A stretch of DNA of 64,000 bases from an uncultured delta proteobacterium (GCA_963850305.1 CAWKKR010000003.1:1-64000), one strand, 5' to 3'; positions 46,269 through 57,684 are shown, numbered from the stretch's first letter. A program made the numbers and translations. The notes: generated from the sequence alone by a model not told the origin.

Positions 46269-47867
46269 ATGCGCTCACGAGGAACGCTTACTTCGCTGGT
46301 AGTCGCTGCTATCGCCTGTGCTGCCTGTAGCAGCAGCAACACACACACACGCTCGACGTCGGACGCCGGCACCGGCGGTCAGACCGGGGCAGGCGGTGCG
46401 ACGTCGGACTCGGGTATCGGCGTGAATCCTTCGGGATGCCCGAGCAGCGCGCCGGTCAACGGCACCGATTGCCCCGCGGCGACGGAACTTGGTGCGGCTG
46501 GGCCGGGGCCAGGTGGGCCTGGAGGGCCGCCTGGTACGGGAGGCTCGAGCACGCCGCTCCGGTGCGAGTACGCGAACCAGACCATCTGCGGGTGCGTACC
46601 GCCGGCCACGACCTCGGGCCCTGGCTCGACGACCGAGCAGTGGGACTGTGCCGTTTGCCCGGAGACCGAGCCCGCGGAGTCCTCGCCATGTCCGGCCGTG
46701 TTCGGCGTGGGTACCAACTCCTGCAACTACGGTGTGGTTCAGTGCACGTGTCCGGAAACTCCACCGATCCCCGGGGTTCCACCCGACGGATGGCGTTGCA
46801 GCGACCCGTACGACGCCGGCTACTTCGACACCTCCGGGGGCCCGACGGAGCCCATTCCGACGAAGAACCTCGAGTGGGTCTGGGTGGCTTTCCCGGACGC
46901 GAAGTGCCGTGACGGTTCGGTCGCTGGCATCGAGGTGAACGCCAACTCCGCCTCCGACAACCTCATGATCTTTCTCTATGGAGGCGGAGCGTGCTGGAAC
47001 GAGGCCACCTGCAACGGGAACCCGGCGAACTTCAATCACGAGGGCTTCAATGACTCGCAGGGTGTGTTCGACCGGACCAATGCTGCGAACCCAGTCAAAG
47101 ACTGGAACATGGTCTACGTGCCCTATTGCACGGGCGACGTGCACGCCGGAAATAACCCTGGCTTCGACGTTCCCGGCGTCGGCCCGCAGCAGTTCGACGG
47201 GTACACGAACCTGCAGCAATTCCTCGGGCGCATCGTGCCCACGTTCCCGAACGCGAAGAAGCTCCTCTACACGGGCTTCAGCGCCGGCGGGTTCGGCACG
47301 CTCCTCACGGTCGAGATGGTTGCGAAGAAGTTCCCGAGCTCGGTCGACATCTCCTACATGGATGACTCGGGTCCGGGGATGAGCAATTCCTTCATGCAAG
47401 CGTGCCTCCAAAAACAGAATCGAACCACGTGGGGCTTCGACAGCACTTTCCTCGAAGCGTGCGGCGCGGACTGCCCGGACCCCGACAATTTTCTCCTGGA
47501 TTACCCGAAGCACCTGTCGAAGACCTATCCGTCCCTCCGAGGCGGTCTGATCGAGACCGTCGCGGACGGAACCATCACAGGGTTCTTCGGCTTTGGCGCC
47601 AACGACTGCAACGTCGATCAGACGGCATTCCCGCCACCGATGAGCCCGGCGACCTTTCAAGCGGGGCTACTCGACTTCCGCGACCAGATGACCGCGCTCG
47701 TCCGCGACGGCGGCACGCCGAACTTCGGCACCTTCTATCTCGCGGGCACGCAGCACGGTTGGTTGCCGTCCGTGTCGCTCTATACCGGCAGCGCCGGCGG
47801 AACGAATCTCATCGACTGGTTCGCGGGCATCGTCAACGGCGGCGCGCCGACGAACGTCGGGCCGTGA
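46269..47867 (+). CDS. Pectinacetylesterase/Notum-like lipoprotein
   Basis: CRDGS, GGGACW, YVPYCTGD, GFSAGG nucleophile motif. Confidence 0.85.
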   Translation: MRSRGTLTSLVVAAIACAACSSSNTHTRSTSDAGTGGQTGAGGATSDSGIGVNPSGCPSSAPVNGTDCPAATELGAAGPGPGGPGGPPGTGGSSTPLRCEYANQTICGCVPPATTSGPGSTTEQWDCAVCPETEPAESSPCPAVFGVGTNSCNYGVVQCTCPETPPIPGVPPDGWRCSDPYDAGYFDTSGGPTEPIPTKNLEWVWVAFPDAKCRDGSVAGIEVNANSASDNLMIFLYGGGACWNEATCNGNPANFNHEGFNDSQGVFDRTNAANPVKDWNMVYVPYCTGDVHAGNNPGFDVPGVGPQQFDGYTNLQQFLGRIVPTFPNAKKLLYTGFSAGGFGTLLTVEMVAKKFPSSVDISYMDDSGPGMSNSFMQACLQKQNRTTWGFDSTFLEACGADCPDPDNFLLDYPKHLSKTYPSLRGGLIETVADGTITGFFGFGANDCNVDQTAFPPPMSPATFQAGLLDFRDQMTALVRDGGTPNFGTFYLAGTQHGWLPSVSLYTGSAGGTNLIDWFAGIVNGGAPTNVGP

Positions 47868-48129
47868 GCAACGGGAGAAGCGGGCAAAGCGCCGGTCGAG
47901 CTCCGTTGGTTCGAATATCCGCGGCGCTGAGCCTGTCACGGCGCGGGAACGCGATAATCCGGGGGCGGTGAGGTCGATCGCGATCGACGGGACGGCGCGA
48001 TCGTTCGCGATACGTACGCAACGCTCGGGCCGGAGTCGATTGTCGTCGAGCCGGAGTTACCCGCTACGGATGCCGTGCTTGCGAACGCGGGGCCCGGAAC
48101 GCTCGATGACCGCGTAGTGTGAGCGTCGT

Positions 48130-49251
48130 TCAGCCGTCGATGTCGAGTTCGAGCAAGAGGCGGCCCACGAGGCGGGTCTGCGGTTTCTCCGGAACCGGGT
48201 GGTAGCGCGACGCCTGAATGTCGCGAAACAGGCGCTCCAGGCCGCCACGCCGGTAGAAGCCGCTGCCGCCGGACGCTTCCATCGCTTTCTCGACGGTGCG
48301 AGTCGCCGCGTTCACGAGGATGGTTCGACGGCACAGCGTGGCTGCGGTCGTCGCGGGTCCCGGCTTCGCGGTTCGGGCGAGGTCGACCATGCCGGCGTGC
48401 GCCAGCTGCGCCGTGACGAGCTGGTTCTCCATCTCCCCGAGCAAGAACGGCACGTAGGGATCTTCCCTTTTCTTCGCACAGAGCTTTATCGCGAGATCGC
48501 GCGCGGCCTCGGCGACGCCGAGGTAGGCAGCGTAGAAGACAGGGAGCGCTGCCATCGCCACCGTGTGCATGAAGGGGTGCCATTTGCCCACGGGGCGCCG
48601 CGTTCCGCCCATCGCCGCGTCGGGGACGAACACGCCTTCGAGCTGGACGTCTTGAGAACCGGTGCCGCACATGCCTAGCACCTTCCACGTGTCGAGGATC
48701 TTCACGCCGTCGGACTTGAGCGAAAGCGGGAAGTGAATCACGGTCGGGCCGTCCTTCGGGTCGTCGTAGACGCCGGTCGTCATGAGAATGTCGCCCGCGA
48801 GAACGCCGCTGCCGAAGATCTTGCAGCCGGTCATTCGAAAGCCACCTTCGACCTTCTCGAGCTTGCCGGAGCCCGCGAGCCAGTCGGAGCCCCCCGTGGA
48901 GACGAGCACGAGCTTCTCCGCCGCGACGCGCTTCAGCATGCCCTCCGGCGCCTTGTTTCCGCTCCGCCATATCCAGGCGAGCGTGGCGACGAGGTGCGTG
49001 TGCATCGAGACAGCAAGCCCCGTCGAGCTGCACTCGCGCGCGAGCACGCGGATCATCTCGCAGAGTTCCGCGTGCGACGCGCCGCCCCCACCGAGCTCCG
49101 CGGGGACGCCCGCGGCGAAGAAACCCTTCTCCTTTAGCGCGGCGTAGTTTTCGGCGACGAAGGTATCGCTCTCGTCGTGCTCCGCGGTTCGTGTGGCGAA
49201 TTCGGCGCCCATCTGACGGGCCAGTACGATCCAGTCGGTCTTTTCGGCCAT
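48130..49251 (-). CDS. Acyl-CoA dehydrogenase-family protein
   Basis: VPAELGGGG, MTGCKIFGS, WKVLGMCGTGS, LERLFRD. Confidence 0.9.
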   Translation of the reverse strand: MAEKTDWIVLARQMGAEFATRTAEHDESDTFVAENYAALKEKGFFAAGVPAELGGGGASHAELCEMIRVLARECSSTGLAVSMHTHLVATLAWIWRSGNKAPEGMLKRVAAEKLVLVSTGGSDWLAGSGKLEKVEGGFRMTGCKIFGSGVLAGDILMTTGVYDDPKDGPTVIHFPLSLKSDGVKILDTWKVLGMCGTGSQDVQLEGVFVPDAAMGGTRRPVGKWHPFMHTVAMAALPVFYAAYLGVAEAARDLAIKLCAKKREDPYVPFLLGEMENQLVTAQLAHAGMVDLARTAKPGPATTAATLCRRTILVNAATRTVEKAMEASGGSGFYRRGGLERLFRDIQASRYHPVPEKPQTRLVGRLLLELDIDG

Positions 49252-49325
49252 GTTTGCCTCTCCCTAGAGCTCACCTTCGCGCCGCGGATGCGGTCGCGCG
49301 GCACCGCTCGACGGCACCGTGGTAT

Positions 49326-49348
49326 GATACATACCATCGGTATGTATC
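49326..49348. promoter_or_regulatory. Palindrome GATACATACC-ATC-GGTATGTATC (probable TetR operator)
   Basis: 10-bp perfect arms upstream of the acyl-CoA dehydrogenase; TetR gene nearby. Confidence 0.7.
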
Positions 49349-49396
49349 GAGTCAAGAGGCGTCCAGTGGGCGTCACCGGCAGCACCGTGGATCGGC

Positions 49397-49672
49397 CTAT
49401 CGGTTCGCGGTATCTGGATTAATCATCGCGCGGATCTCGGAGATGAGGTTCGCGGGGATCCCCATGCAGCGCGCGTGTTCCTGGATTAACTCCGGATTGG
49501 GCGCGTCGTAGATGCAGTACATCTTGTCTTCGACGACGAATGTCTGCAGCCAGGTCAACCCGTGCCCGATCTCGCTGAGCACGCCGACGGACTTCCGCGA
49601 GATGACGCGTAGCTCTTCGGGTGAAAGCTCACCTGCTCCGGGGATCTCGCGTTCGATCACGTATTTCGGCAT
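49397..49672 (-). CDS. DUF4242 protein
   Basis: MPKYVIEREIPGAG...KMYCIYDAP...IQEHA...PAN. Confidence 0.85.
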   Translation of the reverse strand: MPKYVIEREIPGAGELSPEELRVISRKSVGVLSEIGHGLTWLQTFVVEDKMYCIYDAPNPELIQEHARCMGIPANLISEIRAMINPDTANR

Positions 49673-49723
49673 CGTATCCTCCTGCTCGGTATGCTGAGCA
49701 GTATCGTTCGACGGACGCAGAGT

Positions 49724-50335
49724 ATGCCCGCCAAAACTCGAAAGAAAGAGTACGCGGAAGCCACGCAGGCGGCCCTGGTGGCGGTCGCCCGCGATCTCTT
49801 CGGGGAGAGGGGCTTCGCGGCGGTATCCATCGAGGAAATCGTCCAGGGCGCGCGCGTCACCAAGGGGGCTCTCTATCATCATTTCGAGGACAAGCAGGCG
49901 CTGTTCCGTGCCGTCTTGGAGGCGATCGAGAGCGAGCTTGCCGACCGGATGCGCGTCGCCGCCCGCCTGGAGACCCACCGCTGGGAACAGCTCCGCGCCG
50001 CCTGCTACGCGTACCTCGACGCGTGCCTCGAGCGCGACGTGCAGCGGATCGTCGTCCTCGACGCCGCGTCCGTGCTCGGGTGGCACACGTGGTGCGAGAT
50101 CGACAAGCGCTATGGCCTCGGTGTGCTCCGGGAGCGGTTCGACGCGGCGCTCGCGGCGGGCCTCATCGACCCGCAGCCGGTCGAGTCCGTCGCGCAGCTC
50201 GTGCTCGGCGCGCTCAACGTCGCGGGCCGCGTGATCGCGGAAGCGAAGAACCCGAACGAAGCGCGGAAGCAGGTCGGGGAGACGATCGACCGGCTGATTT
50301 CAGGGCTGCAGAAGAAGAAGGGAAACCGGCGCTGA
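49724..50335 (+). CDS. TetR-family regulator
   Basis: ARDLFGERGFAAVSIEEIV..ARVTKGALYHHFEDK. Confidence 0.93.
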   Translation: MPAKTRKKEYAEATQAALVAVARDLFGERGFAAVSIEEIVQGARVTKGALYHHFEDKQALFRAVLEAIESELADRMRVAARLETHRWEQLRAACYAYLDACLERDVQRIVVLDAASVLGWHTWCEIDKRYGLGVLRERFDAALAAGLIDPQPVESVAQLVLGALNVAGRVIAEAKNPNEARKQVGETIDRLISGLQKKKGNRR

Positions 50336-50559
50336 GGGGCACCACGTCATTCCGTCGCCGTTCCCTCGACACGCCGCTGGGTCTCCTTGCACGCCGCCTG
50401 CGGGGCGAGATCGGATGCGATCGCGACGATCTCCGCCTTGGCCAGCTTCCCGGCGCGAAGAGTGCAGAGCCGCACCGCGTCCGACGCGATCGCCGCCCGC
50501 ATCTCGTGCACGGCGAGCAGTACGACATGTCTTCTTCGCCCGCTTTTGGGGCCCGTCGG

Positions 50560-50903
50560 CCCACATCGCCCCCACAGTAGAGGTAGCTCGTGAAGCCAGC
50601 GTGGCAGCCACCTCGTGAGCACTTCGGGATGCTCCCGTCGCACGTGCCGCCCTCGACCGCACTCGACGGACAGCAGTCGGTGTTGCCGGTGCCATCGTTG
50701 CAAGCGACGAGGCCGGAGCTGGACCCCCCGCTCGACTTGCTCCCTCCGCCGCTCGACGAGTCGCCACCGGATCCGGTCGTCCCGCCCGGTGCTGCGTCCG
50801 TGCCGGTGTCCACGTGCGTTCCGGTGCCGGTCGTCTGGCCGCCGCATCCGACGATGGCCGCGAAGCTCACGGCTACAGCGCCTCGGACTATGGATGTCGG
50901 CAT
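50560..50903 (-). pseudogene. Small Cys-rich lipoprotein, 3' end uncertain
   Basis: IVGC lipobox, Gly/Ser linker, Cys domain. Confidence 0.45.
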
Positions 50904-50971
50904 GACCCTGACGCACTGAATTCCGCGCCGCTGTTGCGCGCCGTGCGAGTTAAGTAGACCATCATGGGCGC

Positions 50972-51565
50972 ATGTCCGGGAGCCAGCGTGCCGTCGACGA
51001 GGTCAGCCGGTACTGCGATCTGCAGGAGCGACTCGCGATGCTGCCGCCGAGCGCGTCGCTCCGCGGCCTCTACTTCGGCGCGATCGAGCGCGTGCTCGCT
51101 CACGCGGGGAAACTCGACGAATATCGCGCCCTGTTTCCGGATCGATACTCGCCGATCCGATACTACCCGACGAAGGACTTTCTCGTCCGCCTGACGGTCG
51201 GGGGCGGTATCCTGAAGAGCCCGGCCGAGGTCCATCGGGGCATGTACGAGATTGGGCGGCTCAACGCGGTCGTGCTCTCGGAGAGCCTGCTGGGTGCGGT
51301 GCTCGTGCGGTTCCTTTCCCGCGATCCCGCGAAACTCCTGCAGCAGGGCGTCGCGAGCCGCCGCCAGAGCGTCTCGGTCGGTCGGTGGGAGCTCAGGTTC
51401 GAAGGCGAACACCGCGGTGTGATCGAAATGACCGAGGAATACTCGTACCTCGATTCGTACTTGCTCGGCGCGGGGGTCGGCACGTTCGAGGCCGTATCCG
51501 TGGCGGCGGAGGTCCGAGCGGAGGTCACGGACCGCTTCTCGGGGCGCCACGTCATCGACTGGTAG
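50972..51565 (+). CDS. DUF2378 (myxobacterial TIGR02265-like) protein
   Basis: ERLAMLPPSASLRGLYF...YYP..DFL...G. Confidence 0.7.
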   Translation: MSGSQRAVDEVSRYCDLQERLAMLPPSASLRGLYFGAIERVLAHAGKLDEYRALFPDRYSPIRYYPTKDFLVRLTVGGGILKSPAEVHRGMYEIGRLNAVVLSESLLGAVLVRFLSRDPAKLLQQGVASRRQSVSVGRWELRFEGEHRGVIEMTEEYSYLDSYLLGAGVGTFEAVSVAAEVRAEVTDRFSGRHVIDW

Positions 51566-51609
51566 ACGGTCCGGACACGAATCGCTCGGCGAGGTATCCT
51601 CCGGCTGCC

Positions 51610-53110
51610 ATGGGCGAAGTCGGCGCGCTCATCTTGGTCCGCGATCCCGGGGCGCGGTCCGAGCTCACGGATCTTCTCGAAACGGTTGCCGTCGACATCC
51701 GGCCTCGCGCTCGCGTTTGCTTCCCTCGAAGGTGACCTCGGGCCCGCCGTCGCGCGCGCGAGAACGGCCGCGGGCGGCGGTCCCGTCGGGGTGATCGTCG
51801 ATGCCGACTCGGATGTCATCGCCGCGCTTCTCGCCGGCGCCGACGAAGCGGAGACGCTATCCTCGGTGGCCCCGAAGCCGTTCGCGCGGTTCGTCGAGCG
51901 CTTGCTGGTTCGAGCCAAGCTCCGAGCCGAAGCCGCCCGGCTCGGCGAATCGCTCGTGCACGCCGAGCGCTTGATGGCCCTCGGTACGCTCGTCGCCGGC
52001 ATCGCTCACGAGATCAACAACCCGCTCACCGCGGTCGACCTCGGACTGCAGGTGGTTCGAAAAGCGCTCGGCCCCTCCGCCCCGGACGGAAGCCTCGAGT
52101 CGCTCGGACCGCTCCTCGATGATCTCGGCAGCGCGACGGCCGCGATCGCCACGATCGTGCGCGATCTCCGCGTCTTCGCGACCACGGGCGCCGGAGAACC
52201 CGTCGAGCTCGTCGACGTCCGCGAGCTCGCGGACCAGGTCCTCCGTCTCGTCTCGAGACAGCTCTCGCACGCGATGGTCGAGCGCGACTACGCGGCCGTC
52301 GTACCCGCGCTCGTGTTACCGCGCAATCGGGTCGCGCAGGTGCTCGTGAACATCCTCGTCAACGCGGCGCAGGCCACTCGCGAGATCGAGCAGCCGATGC
52401 ACCGCGTTCGCGTTACAGTCCGCTCCGACGGCGAGTTCGTGGCCGTTCTGGTGGCGGACACGGGGCCCGGCGTGCCCCAGGAGCACGTCGCGCGCATCTT
52501 CAATCCGTTCTTCACGACGAAGCGCGAGCGTCTCGGCAGCGGCCTCGGGCTGTCCATCTCACGCGCGATTCTGAGGGACCTGGGCGGCGAGCTCACCGTA
52601 GAGTCGATGTTCGGCGATGGCGCGACCTTCCTCTGCTTGCTGCCCGTGCCGCCGCCCGATCTCGTCAAGAAGCTCGCCGCGTCCGCCTCCGTGCCCGGCA
52701 AGGAGCGAGAGCCCTCGCGAGCCCTGTCGATTCTCGTCGTGGAAGACGACGCCCGCGTCGCGCGGTCCTACTTCCGGCTCCTCGATCCCCCGCACCGCGT
52801 GCTGCTCGCCGCGGACGCTCTCGAAGCGCTCGAGTTCCTGAACTCCGGGATCGAGCCCGACGTGATCCTCCTCGAGCTCGATCTGCCCGAAGCCGGCGGC
52901 GCGGGGCTCCTCGCCGCGATCGACGAGCGCTGGCCGGAGCTCGCGTCGCGAGTCGTCGTCACGGCGTCGGCTCCGCGCGCGGACTACGGCGGCCTTCGCG
53001 CCCATCCGCTGGTGGTCGAGAAACCCGTGAGTGGCGACGTTCTCCAGGCCGCGCTCCGAGAAATCGGCGCTCGCCGGCGCGGGATGAAGGGCGTCAGTGG
53101 GACATCGTGA
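51610..53110 (+). CDS. Hybrid sensor histidine kinase/receiver (frameshift near 51680)
   Basis: AGIAHEINNPL, QVLVNILVNA, DTGPG, FNPFFTTK, GLGL, ILVVEDD. Confidence 0.88.
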
Positions 53111-53256
53111 ACATCACCGGAGCGGCCCGTCATGACGGCCTCCGCGACGATCGCCCCGAGGACTCCGTTCACGAAGGGCTGGCGCCTGCGTCGATGACGG
53201 AAGGGCTTCGTCGCTGCCGGGCACGAGGACCGTTCATCGCTGGAGCAGCGTGATCA

Positions 53257-54795
53257 TGAGACTCGTGAAGACCGGATGGAACAGGGGGCCAGCACAGCTC
53301 CTCCCGTCGCTCCTCAGCGTCGCACTGTCCGCCGCGGCGATTCTGGGTCGTCCTCCAGCCGTTTGCCACGTTCATCGGCGTGGCACTCGTGCGCCTGCGC
53401 TACCCCTACGAACTCGAGTGGATGGAGGGCGGCATCGTCACGCACGTGCAAGTAGTTCTTTCCGGACGGTCCATCTACCGCGCGCCTTCTCTCGACTTCA
53501 CGCCGTTCATCTACACGCCCCTCTACTATTACGTGTCGGCGCTCGTCTCCCTGGTGGTCGGTGAAGGGTACTTCGCGCCGAGGCTCGTGTCGTTCCTCTC
53601 CATCCTGGGCGCCTTCACCATCATGGGGTACTGGGTGCGACGCGAAACGGACAGTATCGTCGCCGCGTTCGCGGCGATGGGGCTCTTCAGCGCCACCTAC
53701 GCCGCCACCGCTTTCTGGTTCGACATCGCGCGGGTGGACTCTCTCTTCGTGCTCTTGATCGTAGCGGGTTTTGCGCTCTGCCGCTTTGCGGGATCGACGC
53801 AGCTAGCCGCGCTCTCGGGCGTCGTCTTCGGCATGAGCTTCCTGGCGAAGCAGAGCGGCCTCGTGATCGCGGTGCCCGCGCTGCTGCATCTCGTGCTTCG
53901 GGCACCGCGCCGCGGCCTCGTGGCTGTCGCTTCCTTCTTGCTCGTGGCGGGCGCCGGGTTCCTGGCCTTCCAGTTCGCATCGCACGGCTGGTTCTACTAC
54001 TACGTCTTTGAGGTTCCCTCGCGGCACCAGATCCTCTGGGGCGACGTCGACAAGACGCTCCGGGACTACTTCTGGTCGCCGGTCGTCCTATTTTCGCTGG
54101 CCGGCGTGGCCGTGGTTTCGGGGATCGGCTTCTTCGGCGGCCGCTTCCGGGACTGGCTGCTCTTCGCTGGCTTCGTGATCGTCACGTGCGGGACATCGTT
54201 GGTTTCTCTGCTCCACACGGGTGGCTACCCGAATGCGCTCATCCCCGCGTACGCGGCGCTCTCGATCGCGTTCGGTATCGCGGCAGGCGCGCTGCTGCGT
54301 GCAGCCCGCGGCGGCGCGTTCGCGGATGTCTCCGCGCGCGCTTTCGTGCTCGTAGCCGTGCTCCTCCAGCTCGCCCTCTTGTCCTACGACCCGGCGCGAG
54401 CCGTTCCCACCGAGCGTGACCGTCTCGTGATGGATAACGTGATGCGGCGGCTCGCCAAGTTGCCCAGGCCGCTGTTCATCACCGCCTCCAGCTACTACGG
54501 CGTGATCGCGGGACAGCCGGACATCGTCACCCCCACGATGGGCCCAGTCGACGTCTTCAAGGCTTCCGGCCGCGTGGCGCAGCGGCTCCACGCAGATCTG
54601 GTTCGGCAGATCCGTGGCCACCGCTTCCGCACCATCGTCCTTGATCGCGCCGCCGGGTTCTTGCCGCCGGATCTCGTCAACGAGATCCACGGGAGCTATC
54701 ACCAGACCGGCCGACTCTTCACGAGCAGAGAGCGCGACATCTGGCCAAGGAGCGGCGCCTCGATTCGTCCGGACGAGGTCTGGCAAGCAGACTGA
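53257..54795 (+). CDS. ArnT/PMT-like (GT39/83) membrane glycosyltransferase (frameshift near 53350)
   Basis: YPYELEWMEG, IYTPLYYY, FWFDIARVDS, LAKQ. Confidence 0.75.
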
Positions 54796-54857
54796 CGCGG
54801 GAATCGCCCGATCGTCGCCGCTGCATTCGGGCGGGCTGACGCCGGTGACCGCGACGT

Positions 54858-55613
54858 TCACATGCGGGAGTTCATGTGAACGAAGCCGTTCTGTAGCTCC
54901 GCCCGGGAGGCGTTCAGCATGCCGAGCGTCATGCCGTAGCCGATCTCGGTAGTGCCGCTCTCGAGGCCTTTCATGACCGCGGCCACGAACGGCTCCGGCG
55001 CGAGATCGGGCTTGAAACCGCCACGCCTGGCACGCCCTTCGGGGTTCAGCTCGGTGTCGACGGATGGCGGCACGACCTCGAACACCTGGATGCCGAGCCT
55101 GGAGAGCTGAAACCTCAGCGCCATCGTGAAGGCGTGGATGCCGGCCTTGGTCGCGGAATAGACGGGCATCTTCGCCGCAGGAATGAAGCCGAGCCCCGAG
55201 GATACGTTGATGATCGCGGCGTTGTCCCGGCCGGCCAGGAGCGGCGCGGCGAGCGCCGAGAGGACGATGGGAGCCTTCAGATTGACCGCGATCTCGTCTT
55301 CGCCTCCCTCGAGCTCTGCCGCACCGCCACCGAAGGCGATGTCCCGCTGGATGCCCGCGTTGTTGACGAGCACGTTGAACCTGGGAAATGTGTCCGCGAC
55401 CCACTTCATGAGCGCCTGACGTTCTTCCGCATTCGCGATGTCGCATGCCTTGATGAGGAGTGACGGACGCCGGGCGCGCGCCTCGTGTAGCCGCGCCTCG
55501 CGCCGGCCGCAGATGACGACATCACTGCCGGCGTCGACGAATGCCTCGGCCATCGCGCGGCCGATGCCCGTCCCGCCGCCGGTGATCAGCACCGTGTTAC
55601 CCGAGAGTCGCAT
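54858..55613 (-). CDS. Short-chain dehydrogenase (DltE-like)
   Basis: TGGGTGIG, NNAG, YSATK. Confidence 0.92.
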   Translation of the reverse strand: MRLSGNTVLITGGGTGIGRAMAEAFVDAGSDVVICGRREARLHEARARRPSLLIKACDIANAEERQALMKWVADTFPRFNVLVNNAGIQRDIAFGGGAAELEGGEDEIAVNLKAPIVLSALAAPLLAGRDNAAIINVSSGLGFIPAAKMPVYSATKAGIHAFTMALRFQLSRLGIQVFEVVPPSVDTELNPEGRARRGGFKPDLAPEPFVAAVMKGLESGTTEIGYGMTLGMLNASRAELQNGFVHMNSRM

Positions 55614-56304
55614 CGTTCGTCTTCGCCTTCCGCTTCGCCGGATACCCGACGGTCTGAGCGAAGAGCACCCGCTCGGTCCGTCCGAGTCCGAGCTTCTTCG
55701 CGAGGGCAACCTTATCGCAGTTGTGAAACCAGCAAGCGAGTCCCTCGGAAGCTGCGAACAGATAGACGTTCCCCGCGATGAGCCCCGTGTCCACGAAGTA
55801 GTAGGACTTCTGCACCTCGGGGTCGTGGAGCCCTGGCTCCTCGAATCCCTGCGTGTGCTCGAGCCTGTCCACATCAACCACGAAGACGAGCTGGACCGGG
55901 GCGTCCGGTGAGACCGGCGGCTGCCTGGAACCGAGGGCGAGCGCGCGGATGTCCTCGGCGAGAACGGGCACGAGCGCGTGGGACGAAGGGTCGAACCGAT
56001 AAACACCCTGCTCGAGCGCGACGTAAACGACTATCTCCCGCGAGTTACTCGCGGAAGCTGCCGTGACGCCCGCTCGACCGAATGGTCCCTGTCGCCGGTT
56101 CACACCGCAGGCCGCAAACAGCAGATTCGATAGCAGCTGCGCTCCGATGGCCTTTCCGCCGATGTCCCGGGTCGTCCGCCGCTCGCGAAGGGCTGCGGAG
56201 ACACCGCGGCCGCCCGTGAGCTTCGGTTTCGGCAGGCGAAACGGCGGCGCGCTCTTCGATCGGGCGCTCTTCTTCGGGTGCTGCACCGGGCGCGGCGAGT
56301 CCAT
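55597..56304 (-). CDS. Nitroreductase family (SagB/ThcOx-like)
   Basis: RRTTR, LLFAACGVNR, TAASASN, DTGLIAGNVYLFAASEGL, QTVGYP. Confidence 0.85.
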   Translation of the reverse strand: MDSPRPVQHPKKSARSKSAPPFRLPKPKLTGGRGVSAALRERRTTRDIGGKAIGAQLLSNLLFAACGVNRRQGPFGRAGVTAASASNSREIVVYVALEQGVYRFDPSSHALVPVLAEDIRALALGSRQPPVSPDAPVQLVFVVDVDRLEHTQGFEEPGLHDPEVQKSYYFVDTGLIAGNVYLFAASEGLACWFHNCDKVALAKKLGLGRTERVLFAQTVGYPAKRKAKTNDATLG

Positions 56305-56318
56305 GCGTGGCCCACCCC

Positions 56319-56334
56319 TGCAGCGCATGTGCCA
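56319..56334 (-). promoter_or_regulatory. Sigma54-type promoter TGGCACATGCGCTGCA
   Basis: GG-N10-GC upstream of ATG 56304. Confidence 0.55.
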
Positions 56335-56464
56335 AGGGGCGGAGCGCGGAGAGTGTGGCAGCGCATGCCCGAATCGAAATGCCGCGACACGAATCTTTTG
56401 CGCTCACGCGACCGGCTTGCGTTGTAAATGGCGAAGAGCAGGCAACTTCACGTCCGAACGCCCC

Positions 56465-56480
56465 CGGCACGCACCTTGCG
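56465..56480 (+). promoter_or_regulatory. Sigma54-type promoter CGGCACGCACCTTGCG for the N-ATPase operon
   Basis: Close match to TGGCACG-N4-TTGC; 18 nt before ATG 56499. Confidence 0.6.
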
Positions 56481-56498
56481 TCGGGCGGCACGCTGGTC

Positions 56499-56765
56499 AT
56501 GAACGTCCTCGAGTTCACGGGTTTCGGCATGTTCGGAAGCGCCATCGCCGCGGCCTATACCGCGTCGCTCGCGCATAACACGCGCCTGTATCTCTCACCG
56601 GATCGAATCGCCCGTGCACTGTTCATGCACGTGAGCCGCCTCGTGCTGCTCGCCGCCGTGCTGGTCTTCCTGGCCCGGGCGGGAGGGCACGCATTCCTCG
56701 TCGCCGTCGCGTGCTTCGCCGTCACGCAAGGGCTGCTCGTCGCGTGGTCACGGAGAAGCCAGTGA
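56499..56765 (+). CDS. atpR: N-ATPase accessory subunit AtpR
   Basis: Small 3-TM protein Y..SL..NTRLYL...RLVLLA immediately before subunit a. Confidence 0.75.
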   Translation: MNVLEFTGFGMFGSAIAAAYTASLAHNTRLYLSPDRIARALFMHVSRLVLLAAVLVFLARAGGHAFLVAVACFAVTQGLLVAWSRRSQ

Positions 56766-57445
56766 GTTCGCCGCTATTCGAATCGCCGCTCTTCCGAGTC
56801 GGACCGATCCCGGTCGACGGCTCGCTTCTCACGAGCTTCGGAATCACGGTCGTGCTCGGGGTCTCGAGTTTCCTCGCGACGCGGAGCCTGTCGCTCACGC
56901 CGAGCAGGACGCAGGCTGCTCTCGAAGCCGTGGTGTCGACCATCGACGGTCAGCTACGGGATGTCCTCCACCGGGATCCGGAGCCGTACACGCCGCTCGT
57001 CGGGACGCTCTTCATCTTCCTTTTGGTCGCGAACAGCATCGAGGTGGTGCCCTTGCTCCATTCGCCGACGGCACGGCTCGAGACGACCATGGCGCTCGCG
57101 CTCGTCGTGTTCTTCTCCGTCTACTACTACGGCATCCGGGCAAACGGGTTCGTCGGATACCTCCGGCACTTCCTTTCGCCCACTCCCCTGCTCGCGCCGA
57201 TCCACCTCCTCTCGGAGATCACTCGGACGTTCGCGCTCATGATGCGCCTGCTCGGCAACATCATGAGCCACGGGCTCGTGCTGGCGATCGTGGTGTCACT
57301 GGCCGGCCTTTTCGTACCGATTCCGGTCATGGCGTTCGGGCTCTTCGTGGGGCTCGTGCAGGCATATATCTTCGCGACGCTCGCTGCCGTCTACGTCGCC
57401 GCCGCGGTCGAGACGGAAAGGACGGAGAAGGAGGCTCGGAAATGA
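56762..57445 (+). CDS. atpB: ATP synthase Fo subunit a
   Basis: [33 protein letters not shown]. Confidence 0.95.
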   Translation: MSSPLFESPLFRVGPIPVDGSLLTSFGITVVLGVSSFLATRSLSLTPSRTQAALEAVVSTIDGQLRDVLHRDPEPYTPLVGTLFIFLLVANSIEVVPLLHSPTARLETTMALALVVFFSVYYYGIRANGFVGYLRHFLSPTPLLAPIHLLSEITRTFALMMRLLGNIMSHGLVLAIVVSLAGLFVPIPVMAFGLFVGLVQAYIFATLAAVYVAAAVETERTEKEARK

Positions 57446-57684
57446 CGATTCAATCTTGGAGTATCCTGGGTGCGGTCATCGCGGTTTGCTTCGGAGCCGT
57501 GGGCCCCGCGTTCGCGGAAGGCCGTGCCATCGCGGCCGCGATGGAAGCCATCGCGCGACAACCCGAAGCAGGCGGCACGATTTCGCGAACGCTGTTCGTC
57601 GGACTCGCGATGATCGAGGCGATCGCGATCTACTGTCTGGTGATCGCGCTCGTGCTCCTCTTCGCGAACCCGTTCGTTCACTGA
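57442..57684 (+). CDS. atpE: Fo subunit c (N-type)
   Basis: AEGRA, ARQPE loop, [14 protein letters not shown]. Confidence 0.95.
   Translation: MTIQSWSILGAVIAVCFGAVGPAFAEGRAIAAAMEAIARQPEAGGTISRTLFVGLAMIEAIAIYCLVIALVLLFANPFVH

Noticed and set aside
47900..47930. GGTTCGAAT T-loop-like motif
   Set aside because: No surrounding cloverleaf
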